DNA from: Octopus bimaculoides
Lineage: Eukaryota
Reading direction: 5' to 3'
Assembly (NCBI RefSeq): GCF_001194135.2
Contig: NC_068989.1
Coordinates: forward strand, 11,937,484-12,001,483
Length of the DNA: 64,000 nt
Under the pieces are notes generated by a model, which was not told the DNA's origin, did no database searches, and saw only the letters and a program-made list of their open reading frames with translations. How positions within the stretch are numbered: position 1 is the first letter of the stretch; each line of letters starts with the position of its first letter. A program made the translations under genes and the position numbers. Positions 22,693 through 35,930 of this stretch are shown here, piece after piece.

Positions 22693-24729
22693 TAAATAGT
22701 AAAATATTATCTACGCCATGAACACGATTGCGGTGTCTTTTATAAGATCATTCCGCAGCATAATAGAACGTAATGGACCCAATTCTCTTATGTACGAACA
22801 CTAGTAATTTTCTTTAACAATCCACCATATGTTTGACCTCCATTGGCTACATATCCCAAGTTGAGAAAGTGTTGGGAAACTATTGAATGTTAAAGGACAG
22901 TTTAAGAAGGCATTAACAAGATACATAATGACTTTCACACTCACAAGACAGTCTTTTACTTTCTATTAACGTATGTCGTCGTACATAAGTCAGTAAATCA
23001 ATATTTATTTTTTACTTTATTTGAAATCACTTTAAGCTAGACCCAAAGGCCACGTATGCAAGCAAAGGGTTGTGGGAATGGGAAAAGTGGCATAATTGTC
23101 ATAAAAAAAGTACATTATATATGCATGCATATACAAAATAGCAAACAGAAAATCAATAATGATGGATAAAAGATTTAATTGAAAGCGATGAGTTGGTAAT
23201 AAAGGACGAGATAAAAGACATAACTGAAATAAAATGTAGAATGTGGGGTGACAATAAAGGAGCTAATAAAAAGAAATGAATGGGATGTCAATAAAAGAAC
23301 CAATAAAATATTAAAATGAAGGAAACCGTTGACAGTTGGCAACGTACTTGTTAACGCTGAGTTTTAAAAGAATCAAAGCCGCATTCTGCAGGAAAACAAT
23401 GAAATGTGTTGTGCTTATTTCACAATTAAATTCAGATGTGCTAGAATAAAGATTTTTACATGTAACGTGCACAGTAACCCGGAGATCAGATATGCGATGC
23501 ATTTTTTTAAGACGATACCTTCGTGTTCTTATATTTGAGTATTTGGTCTGTTACGTTCTGTTATATTGCAGAATGATGTTATATACCATTAAGCATGGAT
23601 CCATTTCCTAAATTTGGTACGCTGAATTCTTCTGGAAATTTCGTATTTGTGGGAACAGAAGCTCATCTGAACACTATCTGCAGAAATCGTCCAAACATGC
23701 TATATTCCAGAATCCATCACCGACTAGACTTCACATTCGATTCTGCGCTTCTCTAAAATGTTTTTTTTTTTTAGAAATAAGTGGAATCTATGAGTAGTAC
23801 ACCATTCTAGAGGAATCTGGAACATGTCGAGATATAACAGGATCTAAGTTCTTAGGAAGTGATTTTGCGGTAGAAGGAAATAATCAACTAGCTATCAGTC
23901 TCGTAATAGACTTAATGAAGGACTCTAATTTCAATTGAAATACTAAGAGTCATTCCAAAAACATTTCCCAATAAATTGGGTTTAATTTTACACAATAAAT
24001 ATTTAAATCTAAGATGGGAGAATAGAAAGAGTAATAGTGGTCAAGCATGAAGACGGTGGTCATTTCATGATCAATGATTTCGCGAAATGAATGCCTCACA
24101 TATGAAAAAAAAATTAAAAAAACATCTCCGGCTTCATTAAAAATGTTTAGACTAAATAGAAAAGGAGAAAGAGAAGCTTTTCAGATACGGGCGCAAGTCA
24201 CCTCCATAAGACACATTAAAATCAGTGCCTGCTTTTCCTAAAGTATGGTTTCTTACATAGGTAGAAAGCCACTTAGTGAGGCGAAGCTACTTTTGGGACG
24301 AGTTTTGTCTGTTCTATTTTCCAAAATAAGCCACATATTTCAGCCTTTCCACAGCTATATTGGCATTATTTTTCATTGCTCAAACGAAATTACTTCATAA
24401 ATAGTCGACATAGGAATAACAATTGCCTGTTATGCAGCACAGTTTGAAACACTAATGTATTATATTGCTTGGGTATTGAAATCCCGTTTTAAGGCAATTA
24501 AGGAACGCGCTCATATTGTCCTTTTTAATTCAACAATACTTTCGTAAGGGCATCAACATGTAACCTTTATGGAAGACACTGACCAGCTATTAAATAATAA
24601 TACAAGACTAACTATCTGAATATAGTTAAAGCATTCTCCAAACGTATTTGTGAAGCTTTAATACTTTTAAGCAATCCTTTTCAAGATGTACCTAATAACC
24701 ACTTCATTTTTGATAAAGTTAATCAGAGA

Positions 24730-24870
24730 AGGATCTACTTTTTTTTAATTGCAAAGTCTTTAATCAGATCCTCAAAATTAATCTTACTTAACACATTTAC
24801 TTCTATACTTGGTACAGATAAGGCAAGACGAATTAATTTTAGCAAGTTTAAAGCTATTTACCTTCTCTAT
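24730..24870 (-). pseudogene. hAT (Tip100-like) transposase extreme C-terminal remnant
   Basis: Minus with one frameshift: RLALSVPSIEVNV/LSKINFEDLIKDFAIKKSR, like the hAT dimerisation-domain tail RLxxLAxxSIE...IDFDDLIxDFAxxKxR. Confidence 0.5.
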
Positions 24871-24939
24871 GCTGGTCCCCCACTCCAATTCCCATGATGC
24901 CCTAAGCATGTGCTGATTTTGCTTAAGTATTAATCCAGC

Positions 24940-25035
24940 CCCGCAAAATGATTTGAACGCGGAATGTAAAAATCCGTAAGAAATATCACGAATATTTTTT
25001 TTCCAGTGTTCTAACTCTGCTAACTCACCGTCATC
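24940..25035 (-). mobile_element. SINE family D, degenerate 5' fragment
   Basis: GATTTGAACGCGGAATGTAAA...CTCTGCTAACTCACCG. Confidence 0.55.
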
Positions 25036-25518
25036 GACTAATAAACAGCGATGATAATAAAATAGAAGTTGTGTGTTATAATTGACTAAACGGACTGTAT
25101 CAAGATGGTTTATAACAGTAATGGTTCATAATAGTATATTTATCAATTTGTGCCATGAACCGAGAAGGTGATCTTTTATAGGATAGAACAATTACTAATC
25201 TGGATCGTGAATGTTTTAAATTCTACATTTCATTTTGTTTTTTTTTCCCCCTTTTGTTTTATGAAGAACAAAGTAACAAAAAAAAACAAAACAAAAAAAA
25301 AACAAAAAAAAAAAAACACAAATACACAAACAAACAATGCATTAAAAAAACTTTAAACAGAAATTGCAACTGCGATTGAGTTGCTTTATGAGATGATCTA
25401 AGAAATTCTTCAAAGACAGACTTTAATTTATAACTGAATGGTTTCAGCGTTTTAGAATACTTAATCAAGCCGCATCTTACTTGCGCAAAGAAATTATCAT
25501 TAACGACAATAAAACCAC

Positions 25519-25830
<312 letters not shown>

Positions 25831-26288
25831 ACGATGTTGATATTTGTAAGAAAGTATTTTTAAAGAACCACATCAAACAGAGAACTGCGTTGAAAAAGTT
25901 CGTTGAAACCATAAAAGCTAATAATAATAATTAAAAAAACCTAGTGGGAAATTTCCAACACCAAATACAAAAAACGGCGCCAACAGCAAAGAAAAGATCC
26001 CTAATAGCAGTAAAAGCGACGACGACAACAAAATCAGCAACAACATTAAGAACATCCTCTGATGCTGACAATAGAAAGAAATATCACCAATAAAGCAAAC
26101 AACGCAACAGGTTGATTTTCCAACTTTGTACGATACTAAATGGAAGGATTTCCTGGCAAATGAAGTGGAATGGTTAAGACGACTGGAACTGCTAAAATGG
26201 ACATTTATAAATATTGTGGAATTAACTTTTGGTTTGCAGAATTTGCTATTCCTGAAAGAATGAATAGAACATCTGCACATACCCGTTC

Positions 26289-26950
26289 CAAAATTTCGGG
26301 CCTTCTGCCTTGGGTAGAAAAGAACCGTAAGAGTGCCGAGTCAAATGCTTAGCGGTATTTCGTCCGTCTATATGTTCTGAGTTCAAATTCTGCGGAGGTC
26401 TACTTTGCCTTTCCTCTTTTCGGGGGTCGATAAATTAAGTACCAGTTTCATACTGGGGTCGATCTAATCGACTGGCCCCTTCCTCAAATATTTCGGGCCT
26501 TGTGCCTAGGGTAGAAAAGAACCGTAAGCCTGCCGGATCAAATGCTTAGCGGTATTTCGTCCGTCTTTATGTTCTGAGTTCAATTTCCGTTAAGATCGAT
26601 TTTGCTTTTAATCCCTTTCGGGATAAAATAAATAGCAGTTGAACACTGAAGTTGGTGTAATCGATTTACTCGTTCTCCATCTCCGATATTGGTGGCCTTG
26701 TGCCAAAATTTGAAACCATTATTAATCAAATACTGCGAGCTGGCAGAATTGTTAGCACACCGGGCAAAATTCTTGGTGGTATTTTGTCTGTCTTGACGTC
26801 CTGAGTTCAAATCCCGCCGAGGTCGACTTTACCTTTCAACCCTTTCGGGATCGATGAAATAAGTACCAGTTGAGTCCTGAAATCGATGTAAATCGACTTA
26901 CCCCCACCCCACCTCCCTGAAAATGCTGGCCTTGTGAAAGCATTTGGGAC
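26289..26950 (+). mobile_element. head-to-tail array of family D SINE units (tail fragment plus 3 copies)
   Basis: AAATGCTTAGCGGTATTTCGTCCGTCT at about 26343 and 26539; third copy with intact GAGCTGGCAG head at about 26739. Confidence 0.9.
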
Positions 26951-27033
26951 CAAGAAATCCAGTTATACAACGAACGCTTTAAACCTACCGAACGACAACA
27001 AGAGAGTAAGATCATGTGTGTGTGTATGTGTGT

Positions 27034-27074
<41 letters not shown>

Positions 27075-27221
27075 TGTGTGTGTGTGAATAAGAGAAAGAA
27101 TATCCGTGTGAATGATAAAGAGCATGGATAATGTCTTCTAATGGCTTGCGATTCAGGTAGAGGGGTCAGGAATCTTTTTGAGCGAAAGGTATAGTTGTCA
27201 TCAATGACCTCCAATATTTGC

Positions 27222-27361
27222 TATTTTATTTTAACGACACCGAAAGGATGAAAGGCAAAGTTGACCTTGGAGCGATTTGAACTCAGAACGTAAAAGATTC
27301 GGAACAAATACTGCGGATAATTATTTCCGATGTTATAATGATCCTGCGAGTTCATCGGCAT
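27222..27361 (-). mobile_element. SINE family D, 5' half
   Basis: CCGAAAGGATGAAAGGCAAAGTTGACC...ATTTGAACTCAGAACGTAAA. Confidence 0.8.
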
Positions 27362-27944
27362 TGTGTGAGAGAGAGAAGGATAGAAAGAGTGTGATATAAG
27401 GAAGAGAAAGAGTGTGTGTGAATAAGAGATAAGGAGAAAGAGAGGGAGAGTGAGCGAGGGAGAGAGAGAGGGAGGGAGAGAGAGACATAAAGAGAGACAG
27501 AAAATAAGAGAAACAGTGAGAGACAGATAGGGAATGAGAGATACATAGATAAATAGAGAGAGAATGGGAGAGAGATACAGAGAATGTATGTGTATGCGTG
27601 CATATGTGAATCAGGTGATAGGAAAAAGAGAGAAAAAGAGAGAGAGCAACAAACAGAGAGACAGACAGTGAGCGAGAGAGACAGATAGAGAATGAGAGAT
27701 AGATAGATAGATAGATAGATAGATAAATAAATAAATAGATAGATAGATAGATAGATAGAGAGGGAGAGCGAGAGAGAGAATGAGAGATAGATAGAGAGAA
27801 TGTATGTGTGTATGCGTACATGAATCAGGTGATAGGAGAGAGAGAAAAAGAGGAAGAGACAAACAGACAGTGAGCGAGAGAGAGACAGAGAGAGAGAGAG
27901 AGATAGAGAGAGAGAGAGAATAAGAGAAAGAGAATAAGAGGGGA

Positions 27945-27982
<38 letters not shown>
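27362..27982. repeat. GA-rich/(GATA)n purine tract with internal duplication
   Basis: GAGAATGTATGTG...GAATCAGGTGATAGG...ACAGACAGTGAGCGAGAG occurs twice, about 220 bp apart. Confidence 0.9.
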
Positions 27983-27985
<3 letters not shown>

Positions 27986-28898
27986 ATTTGTGAAGTGACA
28001 AGAGGAAACGAACAGGTAAAATAATTAGACATTAAATACAAGCAACACCAACGTCATCAAAACCACCACCACCGCCACCACCACCACTNNNNNNNNNNNN
28101 NNNNNNNNNNNNNNNNNNNNNNNNNNNNNNNNNNNNNNNNNNNNNNNNNNNNNNNNNNNNNNNNNNNNNNNNNNNNNNNNNNNNNNNNNNNNNNNNNNNN
28201 NNNNNNNNNNNNNNNNNNNNNNNNNNNNNNNNNNNNNNNNNNNNNNNNNNNNNNNNNNNNNNNNNNNNNNNNNNNNNNNNNNNNNNNNNNNNNNNNNNNN
28301 NNNNNNNNNNNNNNNNNNNNNNNNNNNNNNNNNNNNNNNNNNNNNNNNNNNNNNNNNNNNNNNNNNNNNNNNNNNNNNNNNNNNNNNNNNNNNNNNNNNN
28401 NNNNNNNNNNNNNNNNNNNNNNNNNNNNNNNNNNNNNNNNNNNNNNNNNNNNNNNNNNNNNNNNNNNNNNNNNNNNNNNNNNNNNNNNNNNNNNNNNNNN
28501 NNNNNNNNNNNNNNNNNNNNNNNNNNNNNNNNNNNNNNNNNNNNNNNNNNNNNNNNNNNNNNNNNNNNNNNNNNNNNNNNNNNNNNNNNNNNNNNNNNNN
28601 NNNNNNNNNNNNNNNNNNNNNNNNNNNNNNNNNNNNNNNNNNNNNNNNNNNNNNNNNNNNNNNNNNNNNNNNNNNNNNNNNNNNNNNNNNNNNNNNNNNN
28701 NNNNNNNNNNNNNNNNNNNNNNNNNNNNNNNNNNNNNNNNNNNNNNNNNNNNNNNNNNNNNNNNNNNNNNNNNNNNNNNNNNNNNNNNNNNNNNNNNNNN
28801 NNNNNNNNNNNNNNNNNNNNNNNNNNNNNNNNNNNNNNNNNNNNNNNNNNNNNNNNNNNNNNNNNNNNNNNNNNNNNNNNNNNNNNNNNNNNNNNNNC

Positions 28899-28929
<31 letters not shown>

Positions 28930-30161
28930 AATATGCGTGTATGCAAGTATCTACGTGCTACGCATGCACACAAGCACAGCTATGCACATTAAAATATACT
29001 GTATATAAATACGTATCTGTCTGTGTGTATGTCTGTGTCTGTGTGCGCTTGTATGTATTACAGGTATCTGCGTATGTATACAAATGCATGAGTGTTTATG
29101 CGTGCACACATACCTACAGTTAATAGCAATTAAAAAAAAAGAACACAAACATACCGATCAGATATTTAGCAAAGTGTTTAGTTTAAAGATAAAGTTTTAA
29201 GATTGAATTAAATTTTAATAGAGATGAGCAAACAATTTCAGAAGAAATAACAACAATGCCACCAGCAATTTGTAAATCCATTCTTATTGATATTAAGTCA
29301 ACTGTAAATTATGTTTAGAAATAATTATATAGCAGGCCTTTTGTTTAGGAAATATTGAGCAGATAAAAACATTTAGCACACTAGTTGAACGCGTCTTTTC
29401 TTTCTGTTTTCTCTCACGTAATCTGCCCCGAGAAATGATTAAGGACTACAGCCTATTGTGTTAAGTAATAAACTTGCCAAGTTATATATCCATGAGCGAA
29501 TGCATACATAATATACACACATTTACAGAGTTTTGGGAAGACATAAAAATGTCTTTAATAAGTTAAATTTCGAATTGTATTTCCGAAATAACCAAAAGGA
29601 TTTTAGAAAGAATATCTTCTTGAATAATTCAGACGTTTCTCTGTTTGTCTGCGTAGTTTCTGTTTTTTTTTTTTTCTTTTCATTTTGTTATGCGGAATGA
29701 TAGTGCCTTGTGATCCGTTAGAATTGTGTGATACAGAGATAAGGAGCATGGTATGAATACTTACAGCAGGTTGGTCTACACTAGCGGCACTTAGAGTGGC
29801 TTCCACTAGAAGCACCCGGACGCCGAGTAGAAGTGGATTAAACCAAGTGATGGTTTAAGTCTAACGTACGTGTAATCCATGGTGGGGATTGAACTCACGA
29901 TGAAAAATGACGGAATATACATTCCAAGTTGACCTACCTTGAAGTTCTGCAAAAGCAACCCCTCATGCATACATACATACATACATACATACATACACAC
30001 ACACATACATACATACATACATACATGTATTACGGTCAAATATACAGTATATTTAATTTAAATCTGTCCGACATATGTTTCTGCTGCATAGGTGTACCGC
30101 AATGTGGTTTACGTTTTCATCCAGCTAGTTCATCCAGTTCAGAGTCTATGCAGCTTTCCTG

Positions 30162-30545
30162 TTTTACTCTTTTACTGGTTTCATTCATTTCACTGCGGCC
30201 ATGCTGGAGCACTGCCTTTAGTCGAGCAACTCGACCCCAGGACTTATTCTTTGTAAGCCTAGTACTTATTCTCTCTTTTGGCGAACCGCTAGGTTACGGG
30301 GACCTAAACACACCAGCGTCGCTTGTCAAGCGATGTGGGGGAGAAAAACAGACACACAAACATATACATATATATACATATATACGACGGGCTTCTTTCA
30401 GTTTCCGTCTACCAAATCCACTCACAAGGCTTTGGTCGGCCCGAGGCTATAGAAGAAGACGCTTGCCCAAGGTGCCACGCAGTAGAACTGAACTCAGGAC
30501 CATGTGGTTGGTAAGCAAGCTACTTACCACACAGCCACTCCTGTG
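30162..30545 (-). mobile_element. SINE family C, full length, young
   Basis: Complete head to AGTAAAAGAGTAAAA tail. Confidence 0.93.
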
Positions 30546-30799
30546 TATGTATGTATGTATGTATGTATGTATGTATGTGAACATCATAAGGAGAGAAGTG
30601 TATAAGCAAAACTCGCATTATAGATTCTATCTACTGAGAGAATGATTAATCGAAACTCATAACTATTTAGATAATCTCGATTGGAATATTGATTATTGAA
30701 TTTTGTTTAGGAATACAAACACACGCATATATGTATGCATACATATATACACATGCATATACATATACACACACATTCATGTATATGCATGTATATGTT

Positions 30800-30850
<51 letters not shown>

Positions 30851-31604
30851 NNNNNNNNNNNNNNNNNNNNNNNNNNNNNNNNNNNNNNNNNNNNNNNNNN
30901 NNNNNNNNNNNNNNNNNNNNNNNNNNNNNNNNNNNNNNNNNNNNNNNNNNNNNNNNNNNNNNNNNNNNNNNNNNNNNNNNNNNNNNNNNNNNNNNNNNNN
31001 NNNNNNNNNNNNNNNNNNNNNNNNNNNNNNNNNNNNNNNNNNNNNNNNNNNNNNNNNNNNNNNNNNNNNNNNNNNNNNNNNNNNNNNNNNNNNNNNNNNN
31101 NNNNNNNNNNNNNNNNNNNNNNNNNNNNNNNNNNNNNNNNNNNNNNNNNNNNNNNNNNNNNNNNNNNNNNNNNNNNNNNNNNNNNNNNNNNNNNNNNNNN
31201 NNNNNNNNNNNNNNNNNNNNNNNNNNNNNNNNNNNNNNNNNNNNNNNNNNNNNNNNNNNNNNNNNNNNNNNNNNNNNNNNNNNNNNNNNNNNNNNNNNNN
31301 NNNNNNNNNNNNNNNNNNNNNNNNNNNNNNNNNNNNNNNNNNNNNNNNNNNNNNNNNNNNNNNNNNNNNNNNNNNNNNNNNNNNNNNNNNNNNNNNNNNN
31401 NNNNNNNNNNNNNNNNNNNNNNNNNNNNNNNNNNNNNNNNNNNNNNNNNNNNNNNNNNNNNATGAAGGTATTTCTCTTTTTTTTTTTTTTCCTGGCACAT
31501 GGGAAAAAGACGCGATGGTTACCTGTAGAATATCCTTGACCGTGGGATACCGAGGCTTCAAGAATGACTGTCCTTGCTAAACCTACTGTTGTTGTAGTTG
31601 CTTG

Positions 31605-31616
31605 TGGTGGTGGTGG

Positions 31617-31658
<42 letters not shown>

Positions 31659-31814
31659 TACTATTGCTGCTGCTGCTGAAACTGCTGCTGCTGCTGCTGC
31701 AGCTAATCTAGTCCCTTATAGTCTGTTGCCGTAGAGACTCAATGGTACAATTTCCCCCTATTAATAGAAATTCATCACCAAACACAAAACTTCCACAATG
31801 CTTTCACTATTATG

Positions 31815-31881
<67 letters not shown>

Positions 31882-32008
31882 CATCATCATCCTCATCATC
31901 ATCATCAGCAGCAGCAGCAGGAGCAGAATCATTACCGTCATTATCAACATCGTCGCCGCCTCTACCACCACCACCACCACCACCACAACAACAACAACGA
32001 CAATAGTA

Positions 32009-32053
<45 letters not shown>

Positions 32054-32080
32054 GCCACCACTACGACTACCACCAGCAAC
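31605..32080. repeat. compound trinucleotide arrays (CTA, CTG, TCA, GCA, CCA, CAA)
   Basis: Visible. Confidence 0.93.
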
Positions 32081-32771
32081 GCATCCCACCACACTCCTTC
32101 CGTCCACCCTATTCACCGTGAACCCACATTATCATGAAAGTCTTACTAATAGCATAACCACAAACCCTTTCACACTACAATCCCATTAAACCCTTCCACA
32201 CTACAATCGCCATGTGAATCCACCTCTGCAACCATGACCACCACAGCCAACACCACGTGCACGAAGTACCCCCTCCGTCATCAACACAACCGTTGGGGAG
32301 GGGGTGAAGTGGGTGCACCACCACCCTTGAATCTATTTACTCTCCTCTCAGAAATATAACCAAATTCCTCCTCAAAATCCAGACACACAGTCCTAACCAA
32401 CAATTCTCTCCCATCAACTCAATTTCCTTCGTGGAAACTTAACATTCCGTCCAGCACCGCTGCCTCCACACCACATCTGCCTTTTAGATTGAAATGTCAT
32501 AATGAAAGGCGAAGTGAAGCGAGGAGAAACTGGAACGTGGAATGGCGGCGGGGTGATGGCTATCTACGTTAAGTGAGTTTTGGAAGAGAGTTTTAAGCAA
32601 GTGTGAAAGTAATATTTAAAACCTGTGAAGCTATAATAGAAAATGAAAAGGAAAAGAGATATGCAACGTCTTAGGTATCTACGGCGATAAGCAAAATTCT
32701 GTGATAATGTTAATAGACAAGTATTAATAATAACGGCCATTTCTTTTGTTAGCCACAGGGGCAAAGACGAT

Positions 32772-32818
32772 TGATGATGATGATGATAATAATAATAATA
32801 ACGATAATAATAATAACG

Positions 32819-32873
<55 letters not shown>

Positions 32874-33076
32874 AAATATATATAACATACAGAAAATTGC
32901 ACTACTGGGTACTGCACACGTTCTACGCAAAACACTTTCAATACAGTAAACATAAGAGCACCACAGCAAACCACAGCACATACCCAAGGCGCACAGAGCT
33001 GCGCTCGGTAGTGAAGTGAAAGCACGTTATAAAAATAAAACTACTGAACAATAATAATAATAATAAAAAGCACGTG

Positions 33077-33147
<71 letters not shown>
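32772..33147. repeat. (AAT)n array interrupted by a retrotransposon 3' end
   Basis: AAT runs at about 32785-32871 and 33050-33147. Confidence 0.95.
32872..33049 (+). mobile_element. 5'-truncated R4-clade (Dong/Rex6-like) non-LTR retrotransposon: ORF C-terminus plus 3' UTR
   Basis: NIYNIQKIALLGTAHVLRKTLSIQ* (stop 32947-32949) matches the recalled R4-clade terminal motif QKxxxLGTAxILRxxL; about 100-bp UTR; embedded in (AAT)n. Confidence 0.8.
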
Positions 33148-33290
33148 CTTTCTACTATAGGCATAAGGCCTGAAATTTGGGATGGAGTAAGTCGACTTGA
33201 GCAAAATTTGAACAGAGAACATAAAAACGGACGAAATGCCGCTAAGCATTTTGCTCAGCGTGCTGACAATTCTGCCAACTCACAGCCTTA
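33148..33290 (-). mobile_element. SINE family D with internal deletion
   Basis: Tail CTTTCTACTATAGGCATAAGGCCTGAAATT joined via AGTCGAC directly to the B-box region. Confidence 0.85.
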
Positions 33291-33317
33291 AATAATAATA
33301 ATAATAATAATAATAAT

Positions 33318-33529
33318 GGTTTCAAATTTTGCCACAAGGGTAACAGTTTGGTTGGAGGGGATGAGTCGATTACACCGACCCGTGTTCAACTGGCACTTAT
33401 TTTATCGGCCCCGAAAGGATGAAAGGCAAAATCGAACTCGGCGGAATTTGAACTCAGAACGTAGCAGCGGGCGAAATACCGCTTAGTATTTCACCCGGCG
33501 TGCTATCGATTCTGCCAGCTCACCACCTA
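33318..33529 (-). mobile_element. SINE family D (tail type 3) with (ATT)n tail
   Basis: GGTTTCAAATTTTGCCACAAGG tail through TTCTGCCAGCTCACC head. Confidence 0.92.
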
Positions 33530-33588
33530 AATGATGATGATGATGATAATAATAATAATAATAATAACAACAGCAGCATCATCATCAT

Positions 33589-33619
<31 letters not shown>

Positions 33620-33626
33620 AATATTG

Positions 33627-33696
<70 letters not shown>

Positions 33697-33720
33697 TACA
33701 GATACTATTGATAATAATTT
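33530..33720. repeat. (GAT)/(AAT)/(CAT)/(CAA) compound microsatellite
   Basis: Visible. Confidence 0.95.
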
Positions 33721-34066
33721 TAATCGTTATAAGCACCGTCCTTAACGATCTGATACGATAGAAGAGCATTATAAAGGGTTAATGAAAAATGTCATCTTTT
33801 GAAATGTGAGAATTTCAAGAAATTGAAGGTCAACAAGGCGCACAAACTTATAGAGGCGTAGGCATATAAGCATATCTATACTATAGATATAAGAGAGGAG
33901 GATACACATGCGAAGACAAGCACATTTGGCACGCCCAACCCAGTCTTCACATAAACTATGATCTTGTCAGTTTTATGCGTCTTGTAACACGTGTGGGAGA
34001 TGGGTGACGGACGATATTTCTGAGTAAGCGTGCGTACATCCATATATACATACATGCATGCATACA

Positions 34067-34104
<38 letters not shown>

Positions 34105-34249
34105 GATGGTTTGTTGCCAACTTAATGTGGCAGTACCAAGAAAGGGACTGATGCTACTGCTATTTAGCCCCAGGAAATATCGTTTCCAGTTGGCTATGTG
34201 ACACAAGCGTTCTGTGTCCTTAAGTTTTCAAGCACAAATTTATATATAC

Positions 34250-34425
34250 GCGCAGGAGTGGCTGTGTGGTAAGTAGCTTGCTAACCAAACATATGATTCC
34301 AGGTTCAGTCCCACTGCGTGGCACTTTGGGCAGGTGTCTTCTACTGTAGCCTCGGACCGACCAAAACCTTGTGAGTGGATTTGGTAGACGGAAACTGAAA
34401 GAAGCCCGTCGTATATATGTGTATA

Positions 34426-34472
<47 letters not shown>

Positions 34473-34560
34473 GTTTGTGTGTCTGTTTTTCTCCCCCCAC
34501 ATCGCTTGACAACCGACGCTGGTGTGTTTAGGTCCCCGTAACTTAGCGGTTCGGCAAAAG
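34250..34560 (+). mobile_element. SINE family C, 3'-truncated
   Basis: GCGCAGGAGTGGCTGTGTGG head to CGGTTCGGCAAAAG. Confidence 0.92.
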
Positions 34561-35176
34561 AATAAATAATGTTTTTACATTACGTATACATTAATCGAAT
34601 AAACTGTCGGTTTTCCAAATAACGAATTAAAACTTAAAATGAAAACATTAAAAGAGAAAGTGAAACTTTGCAAATAAATATGGAATACTCCGCAGTGAAT
34701 GCATTGAATATTTAAATATGCAAGAAATTGGAGTTTCAGTAAATTCAGTAAACTTGAAAAATCGAAATTATGGGAAATTTCTTAGAACATGAATTTATGA
34801 AAATATTTGCAGACGGTCAACTCTAATAATTGCTTTCTTTTAGTACTTTTAGTAATTGTTACATACCTAACTAATAAGCACCATTCTCCATTATAGTATA
34901 GGTATATAATACGTACACACACACACACGCACACACACATACACGCACACACACATATATATATATAAAGAAGGAGAGAGAGAGAGTGGGGGAGGGGGAG
35001 AAAGAAATTGATAAATAGATTGACATGTTAGTTGATTAATTGATTGATTGATTGATTGATAGTTAGGTAGGAGGGTAGATTTAAGTTTTTTTTCTGACTC
35101 ATGAAAGCCTATTGGACAATATTAAGCCCGTACTCTCCACCACCACTCGTCCCAATACACACAGACACACGCACAA

Positions 35177-35208
<32 letters not shown>

Positions 35209-35807
35209 ACAAATTCACACACATGCAGAGATATATGCGTGTGTGGACGTATACATGGGTGCGAGAGATGGAGACACTTAGCGACAATAGCAAGCCGGGA
35301 CAACCAACACCATCACCCGCCATTGCTTTTTTTTTTCTTTGTCTCACACGCATTTCACACAACCTTCTTTCTACACTTCCTCCATTCACTTAAGGATTTG
35401 CTACATATTCTTATTTCAAGCCCGTTTTTTTTTTGTTATTATGTTCATTGCGTGTTTTCTTCTCACTGATTTTACTGCGTTTTTGGCCCTCCTCTTACAT
35501 CTGGATTGTTCCATCTCATTGTTTCATAAACACTTTAACCAAACCATATTTCGTCCAGTGTTAGCCACTTCGGCATTCCATTTATAATAACAGAAGACGC
35601 TTGTCTCCGTGTTTATTTACTTAAAGAAATGCCAATGTTTTGTTTACAGAAGAGTTCAAAATATTACCAACGCCACTCCCTTTCACGTTTGCGTACTTTC
35701 CTGGGCCCAATCACACATTCTTTTATACCATACGCACGCGCGCACACAGATACGAATACAGACGCATATATATACACATATATGTATATAAATATATATA
35801 TACATAC

Positions 35808-35849
<42 letters not shown>

Positions 35850-35894
35850 TATGTATGTAATGTACGTATATATATATGTATATGTATATGCATT

Positions 35895-35930
<36 letters not shown>

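Noticed and set aside
23570-23620. Possible exon after TTATATTGCAG
   Set aside because: Stops in all frames and a weak donor.
26108-26263. Open frame QVDFPTLYDTKWKDFLANEVEWLRRLELLKW...
   Set aside because: Protein-like composition but no start, no convincing splice sites and no recognisable family.
26289-26950. CRISPR-like repeat array
   Set aside because: Units are about 200-bp SINE copies without unique spacers, there are no cas genes and the context is eukaryotic.
29740-29950. Degenerate tRNA-SINE with reverse B-box GGGGATTGAACTCACG
   Set aside because: Only the B-box is recognisable; no second copy in the window to support it.
31742-32137. Poly-His/Ser/Thr/Asp ORFs (also 25259-25934, 49202-49679, 57100-57581, 59442-60542)
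   Set aside because: Translations of trinucleotide microsatellites, open in several frames on both strands, with no flanking domain or splice context.
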